64,000 bases of DNA from Alphaproteobacteria bacterium (GTDB lineage: Bacteria > Pseudomonadota > Alphaproteobacteria > UBA828), in assembly GCA_965221125.1 (NCBI GenBank), contig CBDCRW010000004.1, forward strand, positions 448,001 through 512,000. The letters run 5' to 3'. The translations under genes and the position numbers were made by a program. Shown here piece by piece: positions 38,942 through 48,895 of this stretch (the first letter of the stretch is position 1; every line of letters begins with the position of its first letter). The notes beneath the pieces were generated by a model that did not search any database, had not been told where the DNA came from, and worked only from the letters and a program-made list of their open reading frames with translations.

Positions 38942-39571
38942 TCAGTGCTGCTTGAGCGCGGGGAAGCCGGAGTATTCCGCGGAATGATCGCCCGCGTGGT
39001 TCTCCATGCCGGGCTTGGTGAGGCAGCCCTTGGGCAGGACGTAGCTGTCGATGCGTCTGACGGGCCTCTCGTGCCAGCGCAGGTTGAAGGCGGCGTATCT
39101 GGGGAAGAACATCATGTCCGAATACGGCAGGTTGTCGTGCACCCACCAGGCGAGCGCCCGCCACGGCGTGCCTGCCTCGTAGCGCCGGACGAACCAAGGG
39201 ATCACGATGCAGGCGGTCGCCCCCATGAGGCCGTCGGCGTCCCGCCGGTCCCACACGTGGCGGCTGTGGTTCCAGGTCGTCTCGGCGCAGTTGTAGCCGT
39301 GGTCCCGGCGCTCGTGGCCGAACTGGTTCACCCTGACGGAGCGAAACGCGGAACGGATCGACACGTGGCCGAAGGTGGCGTGCAGCGGCTCCAGCAATTC
39401 CTCGCAGAGCCGGGTTCCCGCCGCGATGGCGAGATCTGGATCGTCCGGCATGTTCGTGATGCCGTGAAAATTTGCGATTTCGCTATAGAGCATCTCGCGC
39501 ATGAAGAAGTGTTCCGACAACCGGACCCGGCCGAGCGTCTCGAGAGCCTTCATGGAAGCGGGTTTTTGCAT
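38942..39571 (-). CDS. Peptidase M15-like hypothetical protein
   Basis: RLSEHFFMRE, N.PDD, LLEPL and IRSAFRS..VN pattern; AAGGAG RBS. Confidence 0.65.
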   Translation of the reverse strand: MQKPASMKALETLGRVRLSEHFFMREMLYSEIANFHGITNMPDDPDLAIAAGTRLCEELLEPLHATFGHVSIRSAFRSVRVNQFGHERRDHGYNCAETTWNHSRHVWDRRDADGLMGATACIVIPWFVRRYEAGTPWRALAWWVHDNLPYSDMMFFPRYAAFNLRWHERPVRRIDSYVLPKGCLTKPGMENHAGDHSAEYSGFPALKQH

Positions 39572-39848
39572 GGCATGCTCCTTCCGCAGTCGCCGTCGGT
39601 CTATTGCAGAATACGCAATCGAGAGGCGGCGGCGACAGCCATCAAACTTGGGGGGCGCCCGGCGAGTCCCGTCGCCCGCCCCTTCACTCGCCCGCCCCAA
39701 TGTGATTCGGATGTGCCATCGGGCATGGCACCGGCAGGCTGAATCCGTGTATGATCCGCCTGATGCGTGCGCGGGGGCCGCGCCACGGCCAGGAGCGGCA
39801 GCCCGGCGCGAAACATTTTGGCGTGCTGACAGGCAAGGGAGGCTCAGC

Positions 39849-41042
39849 ATGAGCGAGAAATGGGGTAATCCGGACATATCGCGCCGCGGCGTGCTTAAGG
39901 GCGCGGCGGCCACAGCGGCGGTGGCTGCCGCGGGCACGCTTGGCGCGACGCGCGGCGTGCAGGCAGCGTCGACGACGGTCAAGGGCTACGGCGTCACCAC
40001 GTCGCAGCTCAAGGACTGGTCCATCATGGAGAAGGCCATCGGCATCACGATGGAGTTCACCGGGACCAACGCCGACATCGGCACCTACATGCGGGACGTG
40101 ATCTCGAACGACCTCGGCGAGACGCACGACATCTTCATCTTCGACGGCGGCACCGAGGACATCCTGGGGCCGCAGGGCTACTACGCCACGGTCATCGAGG
40201 ATCATCCGAACCTCGAGCTCTGGGGGCGGACGTCGGACGACTGGAAGCGCACCGACCTGCTGCAGGACAACGACGGCAACCAGTTCGGCGTGCCCGTCAT
40301 CGGTAATGCGGACAGCTTCGGCTACTTCCCCGAGGCGATCGGCGCCAACCCGGAGGGTCTCGACGAGATCCCCTGGAGCAAGATGTTCGAGGACGAGGAC
40401 ACCAAGGGCCGCGTCTCGCTCGACCGCAGCTGGCTGCTGTCCAGCCCCGAGGTCGCACTCTACCTCAAGGCGAACGGCCGGGCCGAGATCGACGACGTCG
40501 CCAACATGACCGGCGAGGAGGCCCGCGTGGTCGCGGACTTCGCGGCGGACCGCAAGCGCGCCGGCCAGTTCCGCTCGCTCCACGCGGCCTTCGAGGAGCA
40601 GGTGCAGCTTCTCAGCAACAAGGAGATCGACCTGATCAACTGCTGGGAGCCCGCGACCAAGGAGGCCAACAACATCCTCGGCCCCGGCACGGTGATCTAC
40701 GCATTCACCGTCGAGGGCTATTACAAGTGGGGCCACGGCGCCTACATGCACACCAAGGCCGGCGAGCGCGACAACGTCGACAACATCTACAAGGTCCTGA
40801 ACTACTACATGACCGGCGAGTACCGCGCCTATCAGGCGATCCAGCGCGGCTACGCCGGCCCCAACATGGACCTCGGCGTGCAGTTCGCGCAGGAGAACGG
40901 CTGGCCGGAGGAGCAGGTCGAAGAGCTCAAGTGGACCGAGGTCAAGGTCAACAAGAAGTTCGAGAAGCCCTTCTTCGGCAAGCCCGCGGCGCCGAACTCG
41001 GACGTGATGGAAGAGGAGTGGCAGCGGTTCCTGAACGCCTGA
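39849..41042 (+). CDS. Tat-exported ABC substrate-binding protein (PotD/PotF-like)
   Basis: SRRGVLK Tat signal; precedes two PotB/C-like permeases. Confidence 0.85.
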   Translation: MSEKWGNPDISRRGVLKGAAATAAVAAAGTLGATRGVQAASTTVKGYGVTTSQLKDWSIMEKAIGITMEFTGTNADIGTYMRDVISNDLGETHDIFIFDGGTEDILGPQGYYATVIEDHPNLELWGRTSDDWKRTDLLQDNDGNQFGVPVIGNADSFGYFPEAIGANPEGLDEIPWSKMFEDEDTKGRVSLDRSWLLSSPEVALYLKANGRAEIDDVANMTGEEARVVADFAADRKRAGQFRSLHAAFEEQVQLLSNKEIDLINCWEPATKEANNILGPGTVIYAFTVEGYYKWGHGAYMHTKAGERDNVDNIYKVLNYYMTGEYRAYQAIQRGYAGPNMDLGVQFAQENGWPEEQVEELKWTEVKVNKKFEKPFFGKPAAPNSDVMEEEWQRFLNA

Positions 41043-41066
41043 TCGCACACTCCTGATGTGACCAAG

Positions 41067-41119
41067 GCCCCGGTGCGCCCCGCGAACACCTTCGCACGGC
41101 GCGCCGGGGCTCTTTCTTT
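41067..41119 (+). terminator. Long intergenic hairpin with U-rich tail after the SBP gene
   Basis: GCCCCGG...CCGGGGC stem followed by TCTTTCTTT. Confidence 0.55.
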
Positions 41120-41130
41120 GTCGGCGAGCG

Positions 41131-42051
41131 ATGACTGACTCGGCGGGAAGCGGCTTCCTGGACGACCTCCGCGCCGGCTACACCCGGATGTTCTCGGGCA
41201 ACTGGGTGGTGCCGGTCTTCGTCGCGGTCTGGGTGATCATCGTCGTCCTGCCGCTGCTCGTCATGGTGGCGCACTCGTTCTTCGAGATGAAGAACTACCA
41301 GGTGTCCTACGACGCCGGGTTCAAGACGTGGAACTCGCTGATCGATTCCGGGCGCTGGATCGCGGCGGTGCGCACGCTCCGCGTCGTGCTCGTGATGACG
41401 GTCGTCGAGTTCCTGATCGCCTTCCCCTTCGCGCTGTGGCTCGCCAAGACCTGCAAGTCGAAGGTGACCAAGGCGGTCATCATCACGTTGCTCACCATCC
41501 CGTTCTTCCTCGACCCCTCGTCGCGGACGATCATCTGGCGCGCCATCCTCGGCAAGAACGGCATCATCAACACCGTCCTCATGGAGCTCGGCATCATCAG
41601 CGAGCCCATGGAATGGATGCTGTTCTCAGAATTCGCGGTCCACTTCGGGATGCTCGCGCCCTACTTCCCGACGATGGTGTTCCCCATCTTCCTGGTCGTC
41701 AGCCTCATCGACGACCACTACCTGGAGGCGAGCCGCGACCTCGGCGCGAGCAAGCTGCACACGCTCTTCTACATCATCCTGCCGCTCTCGCTGCCGGGCA
41801 TCGTCGCGGGCGCGGTCTTCACCATGGTGCCGCTCATGGCGACCTGGGTGGAGCCCGAGATGCTGGGCGGCGGCTTCGTCAACCTGCTCGGTCCATCGGT
41901 GGAAGCGGCGATTCGAAACCTGAAATACCCGACCGCGGCCGCGCTCTCGGTCTTCGTCATCATCGTGCTCGCGCTGCTGCTCACGCTGCTGATCCTGGCG
42001 ACGCGGCGGCTGGGCTCCATCGGCGACGTCTTCCAGGCGATGAGGCGCTAG
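41131..42051 (+). CDS. ABC permease (PotB-like)
   Basis: Multiple TM segments; EAA loop YLEASRDLGA...LPLSLPG. Confidence 0.92.
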   Translation: MTDSAGSGFLDDLRAGYTRMFSGNWVVPVFVAVWVIIVVLPLLVMVAHSFFEMKNYQVSYDAGFKTWNSLIDSGRWIAAVRTLRVVLVMTVVEFLIAFPFALWLAKTCKSKVTKAVIITLLTIPFFLDPSSRTIIWRAILGKNGIINTVLMELGIISEPMEWMLFSEFAVHFGMLAPYFPTMVFPIFLVVSLIDDHYLEASRDLGASKLHTLFYIILPLSLPGIVAGAVFTMVPLMATWVEPEMLGGGFVNLLGPSVEAAIRNLKYPTAAALSVFVIIVLALLLTLLILATRRLGSIGDVFQAMRR

Positions 42052-42055
42052 GACG

Positions 42056-42931
42056 ATGAGCGACCGGGCGCAGCACAGGATGGCGGCCACCATCGACGAC
42101 CAGATCGGCCACGGCGGCGCGCTCTTCCTGCGCCGCATGTCGTCGTGGCGGCTCTGGACCGGGATCGCCAAGTGGCTCGGGCTGATCGTCATCCTGCTGA
42201 TGTATATCCCGCTGGTCTGGCTCGCGGTGATGTCCTTCAGCGGCCGGCCGCTCTCGGGTATCCCCTACCCGCTCACCATGGAGCACTACGACGAGCTCAT
42301 GGGCGCGTTCAACAAGTGGGGCGAGCCGCTCTACGAGAGCATCGCCATGGGCGTGGTCGTCGGCATCGTCTGCATGATCGTGGCGACCGCCGTGGGGCGC
42401 GCGATGCCGCGCATGCGCAAGCCCGGCGGGGTCATCCTGGTCGCGCTCATTCCTCTCTTCGTGCCCGGGCTCACCATGGGGGCCGCGCTCTTCATCTCCA
42501 TCCGCTCCTTCCTCGATCTCCGGCTTGGGCTCTGGTCGATCTTCGTCGGCCACATGGTGTGGTCGCTGCCGTTCTCGCTGCTGCTCGTGCTGATCATCGC
42601 GACCCGCTTCGACCACCGCCTGCTGGAGGCGGCGCAGGATCTCGGCGCCACCGGCTGGCGCCGCTTCTGGGACATCGAGTTCCCGATCCTCCGCCCCGGC
42701 ATCATCGGCGCCGGCATCTTCGGCTTCCTGCTCTCCTTCAACGAGCTGCTGCGCTCGATCTTCCTGCGGGGCTCCGAGACGACGATGCCGATCTACAACT
42801 GGACCATGACGGCCTCGCACCAGTCGCAGGTGCCGATCATCTTCTCGCTGTCGACGATCATCCTGGGCGTGACGCTGCCGATCCTCGGCGCCTTCTTCTG
42901 GCTGCTCTTCGCGAAGCTCGACCGCAGCTGA
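42056..42931 (+). CDS. ABC permease (PotC-like)
   Basis: LLEAAQDLGA and LLSFNE motifs; TM segments. Confidence 0.92.
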   Translation: MSDRAQHRMAATIDDQIGHGGALFLRRMSSWRLWTGIAKWLGLIVILLMYIPLVWLAVMSFSGRPLSGIPYPLTMEHYDELMGAFNKWGEPLYESIAMGVVVGIVCMIVATAVGRAMPRMRKPGGVILVALIPLFVPGLTMGAALFISIRSFLDLRLGLWSIFVGHMVWSLPFSLLLVLIIATRFDHRLLEAAQDLGATGWRRFWDIEFPILRPGIIGAGIFGFLLSFNELLRSIFLRGSETTMPIYNWTMTASHQSQVPIIFSLSTIILGVTLPILGAFFWLLFAKLDRS

Positions 42932-43027
42932 GCCGCAACGCTCGCCGCCCGTGAAGCATGCTTGCGAGCGCCGGGCGATTTGGATAGGGTCCGCCGCGTG
43001 GCCGGCGCCGGGCGCCGCGCTACCCGC

Positions 43028-43104
43028 GCGCTCGTAGCTCAGCTGGATAGAGCACCAGACTACGAATCTGGGGGTCGGGGGTTCGAATCCTCCCGAGCGC
43101 GCCA
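43028..43104 (+). tRNA. tRNA-Arg (anticodon ACG)
   Basis: Acceptor GCGCTCG/CGAGCGC, D-arm TAGCTCAGCTGGATAGAGC, anticodon arm CCAGA-CTACGAA-TCTGG, T-loop GTTCGAATC, encoded CCA. Confidence 0.98.
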
Positions 43105-43182
43105 TCCCATTCCTGCAGCTCCGCTGACGTGCCGGCCGTCCTGCGATTCCGCGCGCCTGCTGGCGCGACGGCGGCTTGCGCG

Positions 43183-44178
43183 TCAGGCGAAGTGGCAGGC
43201 GCCGTGGTGGCCGGGGGCAAGCGCGCGAAAGGCCGGCTTCTGCTCGCGGCAGATGGCCTCGGCGCGCGGGCAGCGCGGATGGAAGCGGCAGCCCGACGGC
43301 GGGTCGATCGGGCTCGGGATCTCGCCCTCGATCGGCACCAGCGTGCGCCGGCGCCTCGTCGTGGGCTCGGGGATCGCCGCCAGCAGCGCCTGCGTGTAGG
43401 GGTGGCGCGGCTCGCGGAAGAGCACCGCAGTCTCCGCCAGCTCCACCATCTCGCCGAGATACATCACGCCCACCCGGTCGCAGACGAAGCGGACGACGGA
43501 GAGGTCGTGCGAGATGAAGAGGATGCTGAGCGCGTAGCGGCGCTGGATCGCCTGCAGCATGTTGAGGATCTGCGCCTGCACCGAAACGTCGAGCGCGGAC
43601 ACGGGCTCGTCGGCCACCAACAGCTTGGGATCGAGCGCGAGCGCGCGGGCGAGGCCGATGCGCTGGCGCTGCCCGCCGCTGAACTGGTGCGGATAGCGCT
43701 GCGCGTGGCTGGGGTCGAGGCCCACCGCATCGAGCAGCTCGCTCACCCGCTGCCTGAGCGCGCGGCGCGCCACCACGCGGTGGGTGACGAGCGGCTCGGC
43801 CACGATGTGGAACACCGACCAGCGCGGGTCGAGCGAGGCGTAGGGGTTCTGAAAGATCATCTGCACGTCGCGGCGGCGGCGGCGGAGCGCGTCGCCCGAG
43901 AATGCGAGCCAGTCCTCGCCGTCGAGGATGACCTTCCCCGCGCTCGCCGGGATCAGGCGGGCGATGACCTTGCCGGTGGTCGACTTGCCGCTGCCGCTCT
44001 CTCCCACCAGGCCGAAGGTCTCCTCGCGCCCGATGGTGAAGGTGAGCCCGTCGACGGCGTGGACCACGCGGCGCTTGCCGAGCAGCGTCTCCGCCATGTC
44101 ACGGCGGACCGGGAAGTGCTTGGTGAGGCCGTCGACCTCCAGCAGGGGCGCGGTTGTCGGCTCGGACAAAACGGTCAC
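43183..44178 (-). CDS. Peptide/nickel ABC ATPase (DppF/OppF-like)
   Basis: [20 protein letters not shown] and C-terminal HPYT...CRFHPRC motifs. Confidence 0.95.
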   Translation of the reverse strand: MTVLSEPTTAPLLEVDGLTKHFPVRRDMAETLLGKRRVVHAVDGLTFTIGREETFGLVGESGSGKSTTGKVIARLIPASAGKVILDGEDWLAFSGDALRRRRRDVQMIFQNPYASLDPRWSVFHIVAEPLVTHRVVARRALRQRVSELLDAVGLDPSHAQRYPHQFSGGQRQRIGLARALALDPKLLVADEPVSALDVSVQAQILNMLQAIQRRYALSILFISHDLSVVRFVCDRVGVMYLGEMVELAETAVLFREPRHPYTQALLAAIPEPTTRRRRTLVPIEGEIPSPIDPPSGCRFHPRCPRAEAICREQKPAFRALAPGHHGACHFA

Positions 44179-45155
44179 GGGCCGGCCTCCGCGTAGAGGT
44201 GGCAGGCCGCAGCATGGCCGCCGTCCACGGCGAGCAAGTCCGGCCGCGCCGTGCGGCAGAGATCGTGCACGTGGGCGCAGCGCGGATTGAACTTGCAGCC
44301 GGGCGGCGGGCGGATCGGGTCCGCCACGACGCCGGGGATCGGGTTGAGAGTCTGGCCCTCCACGTCGAGGCGCGGGATCGATTCGATCAGGCCGACGGTG
44401 TAAGGGTGCCGGGGGTTCTCCAGCACCTCCTCGGTCGTGCCCGCCTCGACGATGGTGCCGGCGTACATGACGCAGACGCGCTCGCACATCTGGGCGACGA
44501 CGCCGAGGTCGTGGCTGATGAGGATGATCGAGGTGTTGGCCTCGCTCTCCTGCAGGCGCTTCAGCAGCGCGAGAATCTGCATCTGCACCGTGACGTCGAG
44601 CGCCGTGGTGGGCTCGTCGGCGATCACCAGCGCCGGATGCAGGATCAGGGCCGCGGCGATGATCACGCGCTGCTGCATGCCGCCCGAGAACTCGTGCGGG
44701 TAGTCGCGGTAGCGCTCGTGCGGCCGGGGAATGCCGACGTTGTCCAGCATCTCGATCACGCGCTCCCGCGCCGCCCGCGCGCCGATGCGCTCGTGGTAGC
44801 GGAACATCTCGGCGATCTGGTCGCCGATGGGCAGCACCGGGTTGAGCGTCGTGATCGGGTCCTGGAAGATCATCGAGATGCGGGCACCCCGGATGCGCCG
44901 CATCTCCTCCGGCGTCTTGTCCAGCAGGTTCTCGCCCTCGAAGACGATCTCGCCGCCGGCGATGTGGCCGGGCGGCTCGATCAGGCCGATGATCGAGTGA
45001 CCCGTGGCCGACTTGCCGCAGCCGCTCTCGCCGACGAGGCCGAGCGTCTCGCCCCGGCCGACACGGAAGCTCACGTCGTCCACCGCGTGCACGGTGCCGC
45101 GCTTGGTTGCGAAGTTCGTGACCAGCCCCCGGACATCGAGCAGCGCGTCCGCCAT
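44175..45155 (-). CDS. Peptide/nickel ABC ATPase (DppD/OppD-like)
   Basis: [16 protein letters not shown] and DEPTTALDV motifs. Confidence 0.95.
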   Translation of the reverse strand: MADALLDVRGLVTNFATKRGTVHAVDDVSFRVGRGETLGLVGESGCGKSATGHSIIGLIEPPGHIAGGEIVFEGENLLDKTPEEMRRIRGARISMIFQDPITTLNPVLPIGDQIAEMFRYHERIGARAARERVIEMLDNVGIPRPHERYRDYPHEFSGGMQQRVIIAAALILHPALVIADEPTTALDVTVQMQILALLKRLQESEANTSIILISHDLGVVAQMCERVCVMYAGTIVEAGTTEEVLENPRHPYTVGLIESIPRLDVEGQTLNPIPGVVADPIRPPPGCKFNPRCAHVHDLCRTARPDLLAVDGGHAAACHLYAEAGP

Positions 45156-45163
45156 CGCCCGCC

Positions 45164-46093
45164 TCACAAGCCCGCCAGCCTGGGGTCGTAGGTGTCGCGC
45201 AGGAAGTCGCCGAAGAGGTTGATGGCGACGGCGGTGATCAGGATCGCGAGCCCCGGCCCCAGCGTCATCCACAGGCTCTCGAACATGTAGTTGCGCCCGT
45301 CCGAGATCATCACGCCCCAGGACGGCGTCGGCGGCTGGATGCCGAGGCCGAGGAAGCTCAGCGCCGCCTCGAAGATGATGACGAAGGCGATGTCGAGCGT
45401 CGCCATCACGATGATGGACGGCAGCACGTTGGGTACCACGTGGCGCAGGATGATGATGCTGTGGCGGACGCCAATGGAGCGCGCGGCCTGGATGAACTCC
45501 AGCTCGCGCAGCTTGAGCGTCTCGCCGCGCACGAGGCGCGCGTAGTTGACCCAGATCGCGACGGCGAGCGCGATCACCAGGCTGGTGAAGCCCGGTCCGA
45601 AGATCGCCATGAAGATGATGGCGAGCAGGATGAAGGGGAAGGAGAGCTGGAAGTCCGTGAGCCGCATGATGAAGCTGTCGACCAGCCCACCGAAGTAGCC
45701 GGCGATGGCGCCCAAGGCCGAGCCCACCACCAGCGCCAGCATCACCACGAAGGCGCCGACCGCCACGGACGTCTGCGTGCCCAGGATCACGCGGGAGAAG
45801 ATGTCGCGGCCGAGGTTGTCCGCGCCCAGGAAGTGCGGCCACTCGCCGCCCGCGAAGACCGGCGGCATGAAGCGGTTCTTGATGATCTGCTCGGTGGGGT
45901 CCGCCGGCAGCAGCAGGGGGGCGAAGATCGCGACGATGACGATGACCGCCATGCAGACGAAGCCGGTCATCCCCTTGGGGCTGGCCCGGAGCTCCTGGAA
46001 GAAGCGCCGGAGCGGCGGCACGTGATCGTCGAGCGGCGCGTCCGCGCGCGCCTCGGGCATGCCCTTTGCCTCGCCCGGCTCAAGCGCGGTCAT
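45164..46093 (-). CDS. Peptide ABC permease (DppC-like)
   Basis: [21 protein letters not shown] and SFLGLG..PP.PSWG motifs. Confidence 0.95.
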   Translation of the reverse strand: MTALEPGEAKGMPEARADAPLDDHVPPLRRFFQELRASPKGMTGFVCMAVIVIVAIFAPLLLPADPTEQIIKNRFMPPVFAGGEWPHFLGADNLGRDIFSRVILGTQTSVAVGAFVVMLALVVGSALGAIAGYFGGLVDSFIMRLTDFQLSFPFILLAIIFMAIFGPGFTSLVIALAVAIWVNYARLVRGETLKLRELEFIQAARSIGVRHSIIILRHVVPNVLPSIIVMATLDIAFVIIFEAALSFLGLGIQPPTPSWGVMISDGRNYMFESLWMTLGPGLAILITAVAINLFGDFLRDTYDPRLAGL

Positions 46094-47075
46094 AGCGGAT
46101 CCTCGGGTCGACCATGCGGTAGATCACGTCGATGCCGATGTTGATGAGCACGAAGAGGCCGCCGATCACCACCACGATGCCCTGGATGATCGGGTAGTCG
46201 CGCCAGAAGATCGCCTGCACCGCGAGCCGGCCCACGCCCGGCCAGGCGAAGACGTTCTCGATCACGAAAGTGCCGCCCAGCAGGTAGCCGAGCTGCAGGC
46301 CCAGGATCGTGATGGTCGGGATCATCGCGTTGCGGAAGGCGTGGCGGATGTAGACCGCGCGATTCGGCAGCCCCTTGGCGCGGGCGAACTGCACGTAGTC
46401 CTGGCGCAGCGCCTCCAGCATGGCCGACCGCGTGAGCCGCGCGTTCCACGCCGTGATCGAGAGCGCGAGCGCCACCGACGGCAGCAGCAGGTAGCGAAAG
46501 CTCTTCCAGAAGACGCCGGCATCGCCCTCCACGACCGCGTTGTAGGCGGCGGTCAGGATGAACTCGCCGCGGCCCGACGCCGGCAGCCAGCGCAGGTCCA
46601 CCGCGAAGATGATGATGAGCAGGATCCCCAGCACGAAGCTCGGAATCGAGACGCCGAGGATCGCGACCACGGTGCCGGAGTAGTCGACCATCGAGCCCCG
46701 CCTGAGCGCCGTCACGACGCCCAAGGGAAGCGCGATCAGCATCGCGATGATCATCGAGAAGACCGTGAGCTCCAGCGTCGCCGGCAGGCGCTCGGCGATG
46801 AGCTGGGTCACGGGCACGCGGAAGCGGATGGACTGGCCGAGATCGCCCTGCACGGCGCCGGTGAGATAGGACGCGAATTGCTCGAGCGCCGGCCGCGTCA
46901 GGCCGAGCTGGGCGCGCAGCTTGTCCTTCTGCTCCTCGGTGATGCCGGGGTTGCCGGCCGCCATCACGTCGACGGGATCGCCGGGGATCACCTTGACGAT
47001 GAGCGAGACGACGAAGACCACCACCACGATGACGATGACGGCATGGACCAGCCGCTGGAGCAGGTATGACGGCAT
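46080..47075 (-). CDS. Peptide ABC permease (DppB-like)
   Basis: PGDP, GDLGQS, ARAKGL, ENVFAWPGVG and DPRI motifs. Confidence 0.95.
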   Translation of the reverse strand: MPSYLLQRLVHAVIVIVVVVFVVSLIVKVIPGDPVDVMAAGNPGITEEQKDKLRAQLGLTRPALEQFASYLTGAVQGDLGQSIRFRVPVTQLIAERLPATLELTVFSMIIAMLIALPLGVVTALRRGSMVDYSGTVVAILGVSIPSFVLGILLIIIFAVDLRWLPASGRGEFILTAAYNAVVEGDAGVFWKSFRYLLLPSVALALSITAWNARLTRSAMLEALRQDYVQFARAKGLPNRAVYIRHAFRNAMIPTITILGLQLGYLLGGTFVIENVFAWPGVGRLAVQAIFWRDYPIIQGIVVVIGGLFVLINIGIDVIYRMVDPRIRYDRA

Positions 47076-47129
47076 GGGCAGGGCCCGCCGCGGCCCCTCA
47101 GCGACCGCGGCGGGTCAACGAATCGTACC

Positions 47130-48789
47130 CTACTCTTCGAGCCATATCTCCTGGAGGTGGTGGAAGCCCACGACGTTGAGCGTGACTCCGTGCACCTCTT
47201 CTCTCATGGCTGCGACGTACTTCCCTTCGTAGAGGATGGCCGAGTAGGCCATGCCGACGTAGCGCTCCTGAACCTTCTGCCAGAGCGCCTTGCGCTCCGC
47301 AGCGTCGAATATGTAGCGCTGGTCGGAGAGCATCTGGTCGAGCTCGGCATCCTCCGTGAACGACCAGTTGAAGGGCGTGGCCGTGCCCAGCATGTTGAAC
47401 AGGATGTCCGGATCCGAATAGGTGTACCAGATTATGGCCATGTCCTGATCGCCCTTCTGCGCGAGCGGGATGTACTCGGCGACAGGGAAGGCCTGGATGG
47501 AGACATTGATGCCGATCTTCGCCAGGTCCTCCTGCACGACCTCCGCGATGCGGCGGAACATCTCGGACGCCACCGTGTAGAACAGGACATCGATGCCATC
47601 GCCGTGGCCCGCCTCCTCCACGAGCTGCCGCGCCTTCTCGGGATCGTGGGGGTAGCCGAGGTCAGCCGAGCCCTCGAAATACTGCGGGAAGGAGGTCGCC
47701 ACCGGGCTGTGCGCGGTCGCGGCCTGGCCGTCCATCACCAGCGCAATGATCTTCTCGCGGTCGATGGCGTAGTTGACCGCCTTTCGCAGCCGCTCGTCCG
47801 CGAACGCCTTCTTGTTGTTAAGGTTGATGAAGTGCACACCGGCCGAGAGCCGCGTGAAGGTCTTCAGCCCCGGCGTCTGTCCGAGTTGGCGCACCTTGTC
47901 GAGCGGCAGGGCCTCGTCGCCCGAAATCATGTCGATGTCGCCCGAGCGCAAGGCGGCGAGCCGCGTCGCCTCCTCGGGAATCACCACGTACTCGACGCTG
48001 TCGAGGTAGGCCTTGCCCTGATTGTTGTACCAGGGCGTCGCCCAGTCGTGCTCCTCGTTGCGCTCCAGGCGAATGCCCTGATCGGGCCGCCAGCTCACGA
48101 ACTTGAACGGGCCGGTGCCGACCGGATTGCGGCCGTAGAGATCGCCGTGCTTCTTGGCCGCCGTCGGGCTGATGGGCGCGCAATAGGAGTAGCTGAGACC
48201 CACCCATAGCGGCACGAAGGGCTCGGTGTAGTGGTAGGCGACGGTGAGATCGTCGATCACCTCCACCCGGTCGAGCGGCCCCAGCAGGAACGCATTGGGC
48301 GAGGCCGTCTCCGGCGCGACATGCCGGTCCGCCGTGAACTTCATCGCCTCGGCGTTGAGCGGCGTGCCGTCGTGGAAATTCAGGCCCGGCCGCAGCTTGA
48401 AGGTGACGGTGAGGTTGTCGTTGGAGAACGCCCAGCTCTCGGCAGCCCCCGGATAGACGTTGCCGCTCGCGTCCAGGTAGATCAGCGAGTCGTAGATCTG
48501 CCACATGATCTCGTGGCTCACGAGCAGGAACGTCTTGTGCGGGTCAAGAGTGTCCGAATCCTGCGCGCGGCCGATCCTCAGGTGGCCGCCCGCTTGCTGC
48601 GCCTGTGCCGCCCGCTTGCTGCGCCTGTGCCGCCCGCGTGCCGAACCCTGCAAGCGCGAGGCCGCCCGCTGCAGCGGCCGATTGCAGGAACCCGCGGCGG
48701 GAAAGCGCCCAGTTCCGCGCATAGTCGTAGGTCTGTTGCTCGAAGGATTTCGCAACGGTGGTATCGGATGGTGACCGCTTGCTTGCCAT
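47130..48789 (-). pseudogene. Family 5 ABC substrate-binding protein, frameshifted by a 22-bp tandem duplication
   Basis: The start and Tat signal (MASK...SRRGFL) are in one frame and the mature domain (GGHLRIG...DTLDP...GTGPF) in another. The duplication is at 48585-48628. Confidence 0.88.
48585..48637. repeat. 22-bp tandem duplication
   Basis: GCCGCCCGCTTGCTGCGCCTGT x2 followed by GCCGCCCGC. Confidence 0.95.
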
Positions 48790-48895
48790 CGTTTCCTCCC
48801 TATGGCGTGCGTTGAAGGGCCCTTTCTTGTTGTTGCGAACCATCTCGCTGCTTGTCGGGGGGGGGGGCCGCAGGCCGCCCCCCAACACGCAGAAC

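Noticed and set aside
43028-43183. tRNA-Arg as an island attachment site
   Set aside because: No adjacent integrase, no duplicated tRNA 3' end seen, and the flanks are host-like transporter genes.
48853-48886. G11 tract as a phase-variation site
   Set aside because: It is intergenic and forms one arm of a hairpin with the neighbouring C-run, so it is more likely an mRNA stem-loop.
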